The notes under the pieces are model-generated. The model was not told the origin of the DNA. It saw only the letters and a program-made list of their open reading frames with translations, and made no database searches. A DNA stretch of 64,000 bases, taken from assembly GCF_024521635.1 (NCBI RefSeq), contig NW_026250428.1, positions 186,001 to 250,000 of the forward strand, read 5' to 3'. Source of the stretch: Tricharina praecox. Its lineage: Eukaryota. Positions within the stretch are counted from its first letter, which is position 1; every line of letters begins with the position of its first letter. The translations under genes and the position numbers were made by a program. This document shows, piece by piece, positions 50,186 to 62,522 of the stretch.

Positions 50186-50738
50186 CTACAACCTCTCGCT
50201 CCTCTCACTCCTGTCGCTCCTGTCGCTCCTCTCACTCGTGGTGGTCGTCTTCTCAGCGGTCGCCGCGGGATCGGGATTGGGATGGTGGATGAGCATTGAC
50301 CTGGGCGCCGAGTCGAAGTCGCTATGTATCCACGTCAGTTCAGTTCAGTTCAGTTCTCCGTCCGTCCATCGTCCGTCCATCGTCCGTCCATCGTCCGTCC
50401 GTCATCGTCCGAACTTCTTTTCTTTCTTGCATGCGCGATCATGCTCGAATCATGCTCGATCCTGCTCGAATCCTGCTCGATCCTGGGCTGGGAACGACAG
50501 GAAAACTCCAGGAACGAAAAAAAAACTAACCCTGAACCCTGCATGCGGTATCCGTCGACGTGGTGGACTTCGTACGGACTCGAGATGACCATGCTGCGTG
50601 TCGGTTTCTTGTCCCGCCCAAAGATCCGCCTAAAGACTGGATTCGACGCGCGTGAGTTAGCACCGAAGGGCCGCGCGGGTGAAAGGGAAGGAAGGAGGGA
50701 GGGAGCGAAGATGTTGACATACGCCGTGCGCAATCCAT
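50186..50738 (-). CDS. 85-aa microprotein with CRIB-like motif, 3 exons (50738-50723, 50636-50531, 50321-50186)
   Basis: Introns GTATGT...GCTAAC...CAG and GTTAGT...ACTGAC...TAG give 258 nt in frame: MDCARLFRRIFGRDKKPTRSMVISSPYEVHHVDGYRMQGSGDFDSAPRSMLIHHPNPDPAATAEKTTTTSERSDRSDRSERSERL*. Confidence 0.7.
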
Positions 50739-50778
50739 GCCAATCAATCCGTGGTACCGTAGGTCCCGTGGGTCCGTA

Positions 50779-50875
50779 GCGAATGTGTGGTGCGGTGTGG
50801 GCGGTGTGGGCAACGAAGGCGAATGTGTGGTGCGGTGTGGGCGGTGTGGGCAACGAAGGCGAATGCGTGGTGTGC
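50779..50875. repeat. 41-bp tandem duplication in the presumed 5' UTR of the microgene
   Basis: gcgaatgtgtggtgcggtgtgggcggtgtgggcaacgaag x2 plus a partial third copy. Confidence 0.9.
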
Positions 50876-51124
50876 GGATTGTCGACAGTGGCCAGGCCAA
50901 TTGACTGGCACACGAGTGGGGGAGAGGAGGGGAGGAGGGGGTGCGGAGGATGGTGAGCGGACTGCTGCTGCGGGAGGGGCAGACGGATGGGCGAACAGGA
51001 AGTGAGACCTGTTTCCCGAGGTTTGTAGAGTAGGTGGAGTACTTGGGTAGTTGGTAAGTGTGGAGAGCAATGTCGAGCTTGAAGCTAGGTAACTAGAGTG
51101 GTGTCCGCGGAGCTCGAGCTCTAC

Positions 51125-51125
<1 letters not shown>

Positions 51126-51172
<47 letters not shown>

Positions 51173-51174
51173 CA
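51126..51174. repeat. (GGCA)n microsatellite
   Basis: ~12 units. Confidence 0.95.
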
Positions 51175-51484
51175 AAACGAACGAACGAACCGGTGCATCA
51201 ATCGAATCAATCAATCAAATCAGCCGCCTTGCTTTTTGCTTCGCTTTGCATTGCTTCGCATCTCGCTTTTAGATTGTTAGAGCAGCGTTGCTCGGTGCGC
51301 CTCCTTTTCCCTTCCTTTCCTTTCCTTCGCGTATGGTAGCCGTCCTGCGCGAGACGAGACAGGGTGCATCGCCCCTCGCGTGAGCACTTGCCCTCTACAT
51401 GGCCGCCACTGATTGGCCGGCTCCTTCCTTCCTTCCTAGTGGTTCCCCCCCCCCTTCCCCCCCTCCCCCCTCTCCGAACCGTCA

Positions 51485-51981
<497 letters not shown>

Positions 51982-52813
51982 CTACGAGATCCCTCCCTTC
52001 CATCCATCCTTTCGCCTCACCGTAACCACGACCACGACCCCGCACGGTCTGATCTGTTGGGTTGGGTTGGCACAAATTTCTGCCCACTTCTCGATCCCTG
52101 CCATGGTTACCTGGTAGGTACCGTACACAAAGCCAGTGTGCACTGCACAGTGCACAAGAATTGGCGCGCGCTCCCAAAGGTTCGTTAGCTTTTTACCGAA
52201 AATTATTGTCGCATTTTTGGCTTTTGCGTCACCCGCGAGCGAGCGGCTATAGTTATGCCGGTGTAACGTGTTCCCGACCAACACGAGGAGTCTGGTCTGG
52301 CATCGCATCCAGGAGATCGAAGATATTTATGATGAGATGAGATGCGATGCGCGCCCCGGGTTCGTGCGCGCCTCGTATCTATCATCATTCGTTCGGAACT
52401 TGGACAGATGGAAACGGCCGCTTCCCCCCCACTTTCGCCGTGCACAACTGTATGTGGTTTATTCCCCCCACACCCCGTGTACTCTACCTAGAGTACAAAC
52501 GTGGAGTAGATATTGTGGGGGGGCCGCCTGGGGGAGAGCGGAGAGCGGAGAGAGCGTGGAGATGAAAACGCCTGGCGGGGGGGGAGGGGGGGGGGGGGGG
52601 GGGCTGAGTGCACGGTTGACGGTTGATGGTTGGGGGGCTGAGTGCACGGTTGACGGTTGATGGTTGATGGTTCATCACATCGCTACCTGTTAGTTAGGGC
52701 CGGCCGGTGCTGTGGTACGGTACCCATGCCGACGTTCTCCCCCCCCCTCTTCTTCGGTGTCCCGCTTAAGTGGGCATCATGAGCATGCCGAAACTTGGCC
52801 TGCACAACTTATG

Positions 52814-53098
52814 TGCCCACTGCCAGACGTACCCGTCAGAGCAGAGACCATCCTACCTAGGTATAGTAGACCGCCTAGCGCTCGCCGCTGCTTAGGAACC
52901 ACGATCCCACGAAGTTACGATCCCCAAATCTACATACCTGGACAGTGGACAGCGGACACGGTGGAAGGGCTGCATTCCGTTCCGGGCGATTGAAAGAAAT
53001 CCTAACGATCGAGCAGCGCCTCCGATGCGGACAGGCTACAGCCAATGCCTTCCATCCTTCCTTGCTTCCTTCCGTCTTCCGAGTTCTCCAGAGCCCAC
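52814..53098. repeat. ~290-bp inverted repeat, right arm
   Basis: Reverse complement of 48882-49172. Confidence 0.88.
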
Positions 53099-53619
53099 CG
53101 TACATAGTTTGAACTTTGGATCCGTTGGTCACGAAACGAAAACGGCATCCACAATGGCACATGGGAACATGGAGCTTGGAGCTTGGAAGACGCGGGGTCG
53201 GCCGCCATCGATGTCTCTACTAGGTAGGTATAACTACAGGCGCATCCCCGGCTTTGATTCTTGAGTACTCGTGCTCGTGCTCCTGCTCCTGCTCCTGTGA
53301 ACTCTGCGCCTCACCAACGGTCAAACGTCAACCCCAAGAGACGGCACGGCTCCTGTCTTTATGCAAATACGTGTTCTTTAGACGTTTCTAAAATTGGGCA
53401 TAGGTATTGAACAAAGATCTGGTTGTTATTCGGTGGGCAAATGGCCGCGGTGTTCTTCCCGCATCAATCGCACCCCACTTTTTGCTACCGGAAGTACACC
53501 TTCGCTGGGGAGGCTATAGACGGAAGTCATCACTTGTACGAAGTTCTAAGTTCGAAGTTCGAATACCTCAGCTGGGTACATACACGTCCGGGGATCGGAA
53601 CCGCCTCCCCAAACACTGA

Positions 53620-54405
53620 AGCCAAACTCGATGATCCACGTCAATTCGAGTCTCGCCAAGCTGACGGCCTATCTACACGATCCCATCGATCGCTGGCACA
53701 GCTCTTCCTCGAGGCTCGAGGATAAGCCATCACATCCCGCTGCCCTGCCTCCAGCACCTCACCAGGCTAGCGGACCGCCCTGCCATCCGCCATCCACCAT
53801 CCACCATTCTCGTTCCTCCTTACTACTCCATAGACGGCAGACCTCCACCACAGCCAAGCTCGGCAGTCTCCCTCCTTCCCACCCGGCACGGATCGATACG
53901 CCTGCCTGCATGGCGTTTTCTACCTCCACCATAAGAAGCCGTGACACCTATAGGACATCGTAGGATCGTAAAGCTGCTATGTGAGTACTACATAGTACAC
54001 GCTCGTACTGCTTCATGACAATCACTCGGCGGCAGTTATTCTACCCGCCTAGCAGCTCTCTCGAGTACGAGGTCCTCGAGATGTTCACGTAATCACGGCT
54101 GCTCGTGGCGGCGGTAGAAGTGCGCCATGTAGGTAGACCGGTGATATCGGTCCGTGCCGGAGGACTGGTGAGTCTGACCGTAACTAGTCAGCGTCTATGG
54201 TGCATTAAGCAGGAACTGGGAGGGGGGTGGCCGCTGGCGGATGGAATGGCGGTCCGTTAGCGAGTGATGCTGCAGCCTGCAGCCTGCAGGCAGAGGGATG
54301 TGATGTCTTGCCCTCGAGGAGGAATTGTACCTTGTGCAAGCAGTCGTTTTGGCCGTGCAGGCCGTCGGACTGCCGAGGTGAAGCGGATCATCGGGGTTTG
54401 CCTTC
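53620..54405. repeat. Old ~780-bp foldback (diverged ~370-bp arms, ~50-bp loop)
   Basis: Colinear anchors in inverted orientation: cgatgatcc, gacggcct, cctcgagg, catcacatccc, cggaccgcc..ccatccgcca, ccggcacgga.cgata, catggcg..ttctacc, agccgtga, agctgcta. Confidence 0.7.
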
Positions 54406-54494
54406 TGAAAGGCGGTTTCGAACGTGTAGCCGAGGGGTTCGTGTAAGTGATGAAAATATGTAGCTACCCTAGTGTATCACGCCGGCTGATTGTC

Positions 54495-54746
54495 ACTGTG
54501 ATAGACACACTCCAGTCCGTCCGTCCGTCCTGAGCCTCGGAATGGACCGGACTGTATCTTAGCTGCCCGTCCGGGAGCGGTGTCCAAAAAAATCGAGAGC
54601 AGGACCGACCGACTGTAGTCGACTGCAGTCCGCAACTAGTCAACGAAACCCATCGACTGGGCGAACTACCTTTACGCAGTCCGTTCAAGGAGCCGGGCTG
54701 GACCAGATCTTAGCAGTCAGTCCAGTCCGGACTATGTCGAACACTG
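54495..54746. mobile_element. Degraded relative of the hAT MITE at 35457-36052
   Basis: Right end GGACTATGTCGAACACTG resembles the TIR GGACTATGGAGAACACTA; shared GTCC/GGAC and GTCGACTGCAGTCCG motifs; left end unclear. Confidence 0.6.
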
Positions 54747-57279
54747 CATGATTGTCAAAGCTTTCCCGTGGATGTCGGTGTTAGTAGGGTGGAGGTCGTT
54801 GGGGAAGACCGTCGACAAAGGCATCGCTCGGCAGCGTCCGGCCAGTCCTTTTCGCAGCGGGAGAAGGATGGGAGAAGGATGGGTGGTGAGTGTGGAGACA
54901 TCGTCTGCGAGCTCGAGGGGAGGAGGTTTATACTAGTAGTACTTCTCAAGCCTCTGACGGATGAAAAAGTTGTCGGTTGCGTAGAACTATCTCACCATCG
55001 ACTGGTAGGATTCAGTCTCCAAGCCCGGATCCAAAGGCAAGGGTTTCATTTCGCCGTACAGAGAACTTTGAGATATCACTCACAAACGAATTCGACACCC
55101 ACAACACCTTCCCTCAAACGGTCTGTCAAATTTGCATACAATCAGTGAATGAACAAAAAACAAAAAACGGTCTGTCAAGCGTTCGCTCAGTCCTCTCAGC
55201 GTAGTAAGCCTAGGTATCAAGACTCAAGATCTCGGTCTGCTGTCATCCCGGTCACGACACGAGCAAACCAGTAGTGGTTTGTCAACTCATAGTATGGTAA
55301 AACTAGGTTATAATTGCAGAAAGAAGACAACATCAAAGTTATTATCACCCAGAATCTATGTAGACTTCACCGAGTTCTCTCAGCATGGGTTTTCATTGTC
55401 TCCTTAATTCCATACCCCCATGATTCCAAAGGTCCGTCAAACTTTCAGTTAAGCCTCCGGATTGCCGTGAAGTCTCAAGCCTCACGGTAACTCGCCATGC
55501 AAAGTTGTAAAGTCTAGGTAGGCTGTCTAGTACCTAGCGAGCGCCACCCACATGGCTATGTATCTTGAGACTGGGCCGGGTAGGTTACGCGATGAGCGTA
55601 ATGTTGCTGCAAGCATTCACGTGTTTGATGTCCCACTCTCTCACTCGCTCACTATACCTCACATAATCACAGCGACAATTCTAAGCCCCCACTGCCCTTC
55701 CGTGTATGCAACTTATTGATCGGACCTTGAAGGGAAGATTAGATGCTGAAGTTTGGTGACCCACCAGTTTTGCAACTGGAAACAATTCCAGTCCGCCGCA
55801 GCATGCGCTGCCAGCTTGTTCGACCTGCGGACCAAGAAGAAGGGGAGCACTATGATTTCGGCGGGGTTTCCCGCCCTAAGTATTGGAGGGTGCATTGAGC
55901 CAGTGACTGGGCTGCAGCCCCAATGCCATGGGTCGATAATCCCCACCGTTTGTGCGGTGGAGTAGGGTGGCGCGGACATGAACTGTCCGCTCCACCCTGA
56001 TGCTCCACCCGCATGGCTCCCTCCGCGGCTCCCTCCACGGCCTCGGCCGCTAGTTAGTGGGGATGTCGCGGCGATAATGTACAAAGAAGGGCCGTACCAC
56101 ACGTGGGCAATTTTCCACGCCTTCTGGGAGACAGGACCAGCGCTCGAGGACTAGCGCACGAGGAGCTACTGTACGCCGCGATCCGCCGCGATCCGCCGCC
56201 AGCAGCTGAACTGCGGGTGCAAAACATGCGCCCCGCAATGCCCCACGGGGCCTGTGGTGCGGTCCGCCGGTCGGCTGCAGCAGCTGCCTCTCCATCCGAC
56301 CCGCGGGTCGGATGAGTCGGAAGGTGGTGAGTTAGGATCGGTGAACGACGACGACAACGAAAACATCGATGTGGTCCGACGCTACAGAAGTATACATCAT
56401 TTTTGCCGTCCAGATCACACAGTATCTAGACGATACGAAGGGGATACGGGCGTACCAAGCTGCATCGCATCTGGGACAATCTCGGCGATATCCCTAGATT
56501 CAACTTTCAGGAACCTGGGTATCAATGGATTCGCCCTGCGTCACTGCGTGCTCCAAGAATCAAGCTTAGCTCGTAAGCGCAAGCGCAAGCGAGAAGAGAG
56601 TCCGCTGTTAGGACTCAGAGGACATCTTTGAACTTTGAAGGCATGGAGTACATACGGAGACAGTGACGAGCTTGGAGATTACGAGGACCCATATGATATC
56701 TGAGGAATTGACTGTACTGTACTGAGGTGGATGAAAATTTGCATTACATTAATGTGCATCATATCGACGTCTTTTTAAACTACTTCAGAGAATAACTACA
56801 CTTTGCAGGGCATGACAGTTTGTACCTATCACGTACCAGACTCTGAAACATGGGCGTTATGAGAATTTCCCTGTGATGCGGAATATATCAGTCCAATTTT
56901 CGCATATGAACCATGTAGCTATAAGGGTGATAGAACACATAGTTTGAACCAGCCACTACTGGCCACTACCACGCCCCTCGCGAAAAAATGTTGCTTGTCG
57001 ATTGCAGTGAGTGATAATACATGACGTGATATGACCTGACTGCCCCATTAACTACCGCCGGCATCCCTCGGAATCCCCCGGCGAGCATCGTTGAGCATCA
57101 TTGAACCTTGAGCCTTGACACTGCACAGCCCACACAACGATACCAACACCACGCCGTACAGACCAGTCCGGTCCGATCACGTGCCATCAACCACCACACT
57201 GACCACGCAACGTCACAGCCGGTCTATAGTACTGTCTGATCACTCCGTCCTCAAACCGATGATCAATAGGTCAAAAGGT

Positions 57280-57655
57280 CATTTTCATTGCCATTTTCAT
57301 TGCCATTGTCATTGCCATTGCCATCCACTGCCATCCACTGCCATCCACATTGCCATCCACTACTCGCGCTACTCGCACTCACTCACTCATCCACATCATC
57401 CACAGCATTATCACCTCCGAAATCGTCTCCAAAATCATCTCCAAGATCGTCTCCAAGATCATCTCCAAAAATCGTGGGTATCAAAAGAACACTCAAAACT
57501 CTCAAGCACTCTCAAAAACCACTCCCAAATCACTCAAAACCACTCGACAAATATATCCGCAGTAGCAGTAGTAGCAGTAGTAGCAGTAGCAGTAGTAGCA
57601 GTAGCAGTAGCAGTAGCAGTAGCAGTAGCAGTAGTAGCAGCGGTAGTAGTAGTAG
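57280..57655. repeat. Microsatellite-rich tract: (CATTGC)n, (ATCRTCTCCAAR)n, (GTAGCA)n
   Basis: Simple repeats downstream of the transcription factor stop codon, probably 3' UTR. Confidence 0.85.
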
Positions 57656-58175
57656 GGGATAATGTTCCGTTAACAAATCAAGTAAAAATACCGCCTTCCA
57701 AGTTCCCACGGCGCCATCCAACCAACCAACCATCGATCCCCCCGTCCCCCCCGCTTCCCCCTGCCCCCCCCTACCCCTACCCCTACCCCTATCATAGCGA
57801 TTCATTTGAAGAAAGAGGAAGAAAGAAGAAAAAATGAAAGGAACCCAAAGATAGATAAAATAAAACCCCAATAACCATGCGTTTGCTTACCGAAAAAGTA
57901 AAAAAAAAAAGTAAGAAAAAATAAATAAATAGGAGAGAGGTGTATAGCAGTGGGAATATGCGGACGAGGACCATGACAAATATCGAGAAATGGATCGAGA
58001 AATGAGACGGCAAACATAACCCCCCCCCTCCATGATAAACCGAGCAATTAACACGTATACCGAGTACCAAGTAAAAGAGAAGAAAAAAGGAAACAGAAAA
58101 AAAACCGCCCCTCCCACAGAACCATCACGAACTTTTCATCTCACATCCCACTCCACTCTGTCGAAGAGACGACAC

Positions 58176-61100
58176 TCAGATTGTGGGCCAAGCCAGCTGC
58201 TCTCCTCCGCGCTTCCTCGACTTATCGGCAGATAGCGGCGACTCGACATTGTTGGAATTTATCGATTCGTTGGCCTCCATCAGATCGGCGCGCGCACGCT
58301 CGACGCCCGAGTCGTACGAGGATCCCATATGGCTCATGCCGTATTCATCCGTCGTCGACCACTTGGGAAATTGCGGCGGTGGCGGCATGATGATGTTCGA
58401 GACTCCTCGCGATAATCTCTTTTGCATGCGCTCGTTCGTTCGACCGACTTCCTCGTGTTGGCAGTGGTGCTGCACGTGATGCTGATCGTGGTTCTGGAGC
58501 GGGTGCTGCTGGTGCTGCCCGTGGTGGTGTTGCATCTGTACGTGCATGTCGTCATCGTCGTGAGGAGGATGGTGATTGTCCGCCGCATACACGAGTTCAT
58601 GCGTGTCGACGTAATCCGGTGGTGCCGTACGGAAAGCGGCATCCATCGAAGTGGGTGCAGTCGAGTGGAAAGCCGCGCCGCCGGGCATGCCCATCAGGTT
58701 GTCGAACGGGCTATGGATCGGTATCGTGCCGAAGGGGAATGGGTCGTCGAGAAGTCCTCGGAAGATATCCTGCACGTCGCCCAGATGTTCCGTATTAGCA
58801 AAGCGCGGGGAGGGCACGTGTAAGGGCTCATCGAGCGTGGTTTCGATTCCGAGCATGGCCACGCTATCGTGCACGGCCAGGTGGTTGATGGGGCGTTCAT
58901 GATTGTTGAGCCGATTTTTGGCGGCCGTGGTCGCCGAGTTCGATTCGCCGAGATCTCTCTCGACGTCGGACGTATCGCCGCCAATCTTGGGCGCCGAGAT
59001 GAGTAGTAGTTTGGTGAGTACCGTCAACGAACGTTCAGCGGCAATATTGTCCTTCGACATGGCCCGCAGCCATCGTACCACCTTCTTGGAATCGTTGAGG
59101 AGTCCTTCGGCCTGTTGTGGGTTATGCTCTGCCCGCATGGATATCTCCACCATGAGAATCACGCCGGCCGAAACGAGGTAGTGCAGCAGACACCACCACG
59201 GAGATTTGCTGATGAGCCCGACAGGATTCGGCTCATCCGGCAACAACGCGATCGTTTCCCGGGCACCCAGGATGCACGTGGCCGCGGCGGACCGATTGAA
59301 ATCCCGTGACCGGTTCGATTCGTTCGGTATCCGCTGATCCAACCGACAGAGACAGGGCCGGTTGATAAGAATTCGAGCGTTGTAAAATTGAAATGCTAGC
59401 GACATTCTCTATCCGCCGTGTCAGCACATGCGTCGCTCGAAAAAATAACACCATCACGGGATCTCACCTCGCGGGCGAATTGGACGTCCCGATGTCTCTT
59501 GTTTCCAAAGTCCCATATCGCAGGTAGATCCGCTCTCCACTTGATGACACTCAGTTCGAGGGTGGATATGATGCCCTGGATGTCACTCCAACTCCGTTTG
59601 ATCGTGTCGGCGCTGTAAAGACTCGACAGGACAGCCGATGTGATCTTATTGAGTTTCGTGAGTTCTAGGAAATAGCTGGACCTAGCGTGGATGCCGGGCC
59701 GAACTCCAGGCGATTGGGAGTAAGGTGTGTGGGAGGCGCGAGACGATGGGATGGGCGGAACCGACGAAGCGTGGGACATTCCCACCGACAGGTACAGGGC
59801 GTCAGGGGTGCTATGCGACGGTGTACTGATGGAATTCGAACCGATTCCCTGTAGAGGCGGCGTGCTGGATTTAGGGGTAATCGAGTCGGGCCCCGAGTTT
59901 GTGGAGGGAGTCATCAGACCATCGGGATCTGGAAAATGTTGAAGTGGCACCTCGAAGGCCAACGCTCCGTTGGCTCCATCGAAACCCTCCCCCATCGGCC
60001 GAGGTAAAGGCGCACTGCAATCCTTGTCCTGGATCGAAGCCGGACGACCGGTCATGAAGCACAGGAGGTGCTCGACCGAGTAGAGCGCGTACCACATACG
60101 CACGCGTAGTTCCTTCTCCACCTCATCAAAATTCTGAACGTCATTACGGAGGTTAAGACCGAGAGTCTGCGCATAGCGAATCGCTAAACCATTGACATGC
60201 CATGCCCTTGCGGATGAATGCGACTGTCAGTCCTAACACTTTTTCGAGCAAAGGTGGTTGCCCTCCATACAGTGGGCGCGGGATAGTAGGAGCCGGTGGA
60301 ACGAGAAAAGCAGATAGGTCCCTTCGCGGCCAATCAAAAGCAGAAAGAGGATGAGGAAGGTGGGCCCCCATGTGATCCTGTGTGGTGAGCACGATCGAAA
60401 GCGCAGTCCGAGCTACCCACACAGTATCGAGCCCCCACGGACCATGCCGGCGGCAGTCCACCTGGAAAGGAAAGCGGGGAACTCCCCCACAAACACGGTA
60501 ATGATGAGCAGAAGACCGAATGCTTACCTGTTTGTTTGGTTGCTCGCCAGCAGATACATTCCGGTCAACCCCATGATCTGGACCTGTTGCAAGTCGGCAA
60601 CCTCCAGTAAGCTTCCTTCGTCGAGGCACAGCAGCCTGGCCCTTCCGAAGTACTTCAGGTGCTCCGTGTCACCTCCCTTCCATTCGACGTTGATGAGCTT
60701 GGCGTACAACGACCCAACAGCGAATTTGAGGTTCAGCATGGCAAGCCATCGTCTGGAGCTTCCCGGCGGGAAGAAGGTCTCGAAGAACGTTTCGTACTGG
60801 CGCATGAATAGCTTCTTCGAGACGATCGGGAACGACGGGTGGAAGGTGTTGAAGTACGTTTCGATCAACCGATCGGCGATCTTCTTGTCGGGCAGGAGGT
60901 ACGGATCAATCTGGCTGCCGGAGAGGGACACGCTCAAGTCGTCCAGGTGGTAGGCGGGCGTTTGGAATTGATACTCATCATCCACTATTGCTGAGTCGCA
61001 GCTCATTCTTTTAGTAGATGGGCACGAGTAGGATGATTTTCGGGAACTGGTTTTCGTACGGATACCTGCGCCATCTGCTGATTCCTGCTCGGCTTCCTCG

Positions 61101-62522
61101 GCGAGCTGCTGGGCCACACGTTGGATCCAAGCCACTTCGCTGCTCTTGCCCATGTATCCGGTCGGGTAGGGCGAGTTGTCGCTGTTGATATCCTCTTTGA
61201 TATGGTCCATCGAGCCCGTCGAGCCGACCCCAGCCGAAACCAGAGATTCGCCGTCACGAGGCTGTACTCGAACTTGGATTATGCTCTCCTGTGAACGCAG
61301 CTACAGACGGGAATGGATAAGCTTGAGCATCCGCGTAAGTTGCAAGCACGGGGAGGGGTCAGGATTGATTAACACGCACTGCGCGTAGACCAATGATACA
61401 TACACCTTGCAATGCCTTGGTGATGGCCAACTGCCCAGCACTGTCCACCTGTGCCTTGAGCTGCTCCAGTAGACTCTCATAGATGTCCACCCGAGTTTTG
61501 AGTGCTATCATCTCACTATGCCATCATCAGTCCAGTGTCGAAGAACAGTTGCGCGCCAGGACCCTTTCGGATGTCAACGAGATTACGGCATCGGATGTGC
61601 GGTATGGTGGTATCGGGGAGGTGGTATAAAGGTTCACAGTGGGGGGCTGTGGCTCAGGGGGATTCCCTCTACAATCGACGTTCAGTTTGGGGGTCCACAA
61701 CAATGCCACCGATCCGTCCCATCGGAGGAGGGAACACCAATCAGATTCCCCACGAGTGACGCCGCATGACCATCCGCTTTCCATCGCCATCGCCATCGCC
61801 ATCCGAAAGGGCCCGGGGGAGGAGGAGGAGGAGGGAGAAATGCGGGTCGAGGTCGCCTTGACGACGTACTTTTTGGCGCGGTCTCGTTTGCCATCCGCGT
61901 AGTAGCAGCTGATCTTGAAGTCCTGACAGTGCTTACAGCAAGGTCTATTTTCCGGAGGACAATCGCGAATCACCGTCAGCACGACACGGTAAACATCGAT
62001 AGGATATGCACAGGGAGTAAGCGAAGAGGGGTATGCGGGGGATTGAGGCAGGATTGGGGGGAGTGGGAGGGGGAGGGGAAGGAGGGGACGCATAAGGTGC
62101 GCACCTTTCGCCGCTACACTAATTATATGGAGCGAAGCCGAAGGGGCGGGAATGATCAGCGTTATTCTATATCATCTCGGGGGGATTTTCCTTCGTCGTC
62201 TGCCGCTAGGGTGCGTACGGTATGTGCGTGCTAGTAGGAGGGAAAGAGCCACGGCCACATGTTTGCTTACCTTCGTCTTCCTCTGTCTGCACGGCTCGCA
62301 CGCGTGCGATACTCTGTTTTTGCCGTCGCCCAGACTGCCAGCGTTGCCGATGAAACTATCCTCTCGGGTTTTGCTGCCTCTACGCAACCGCGGGATGGGA
62401 ACCTTTACGCGCGTGGAGGGGGGAGCAATGGCCTCGCCGCCGCAACCTCCACCTCCACCACCACCACCGCCATCGTTGGAGCCACCCGAACCGCCCTGAC
62501 CGGCGGGGGGACTGCTCGCCAT
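58176..62522 (-). CDS. Zn(II)2Cys6 fungal transcription factor with middle-homology (Fungal_trans) domain, ~1065 aa, 7 exons
   Basis: Exons 62522-62271, 62118-62105, 61944-61870, 61515-61404, 61300-60528, 60206-59468 and 59408-58176 total 3198 nt in frame. Binuclear cluster CEPCRQRKTKCSGERPCCKHCQDFKISC; YFNTFHPSFPIV, AIRYAQTLGLN, RVRMWYALYSVEHLLCFMTGRP, ILINRPCL. Confidence 0.93.

Noticed and set aside
57115..57837. 240-aa ORF and overlapping poly-Ser/poly-Leu ORFs
   Set aside because: Open only because of simple repeats; antisense to the presumed TF 3' UTR.
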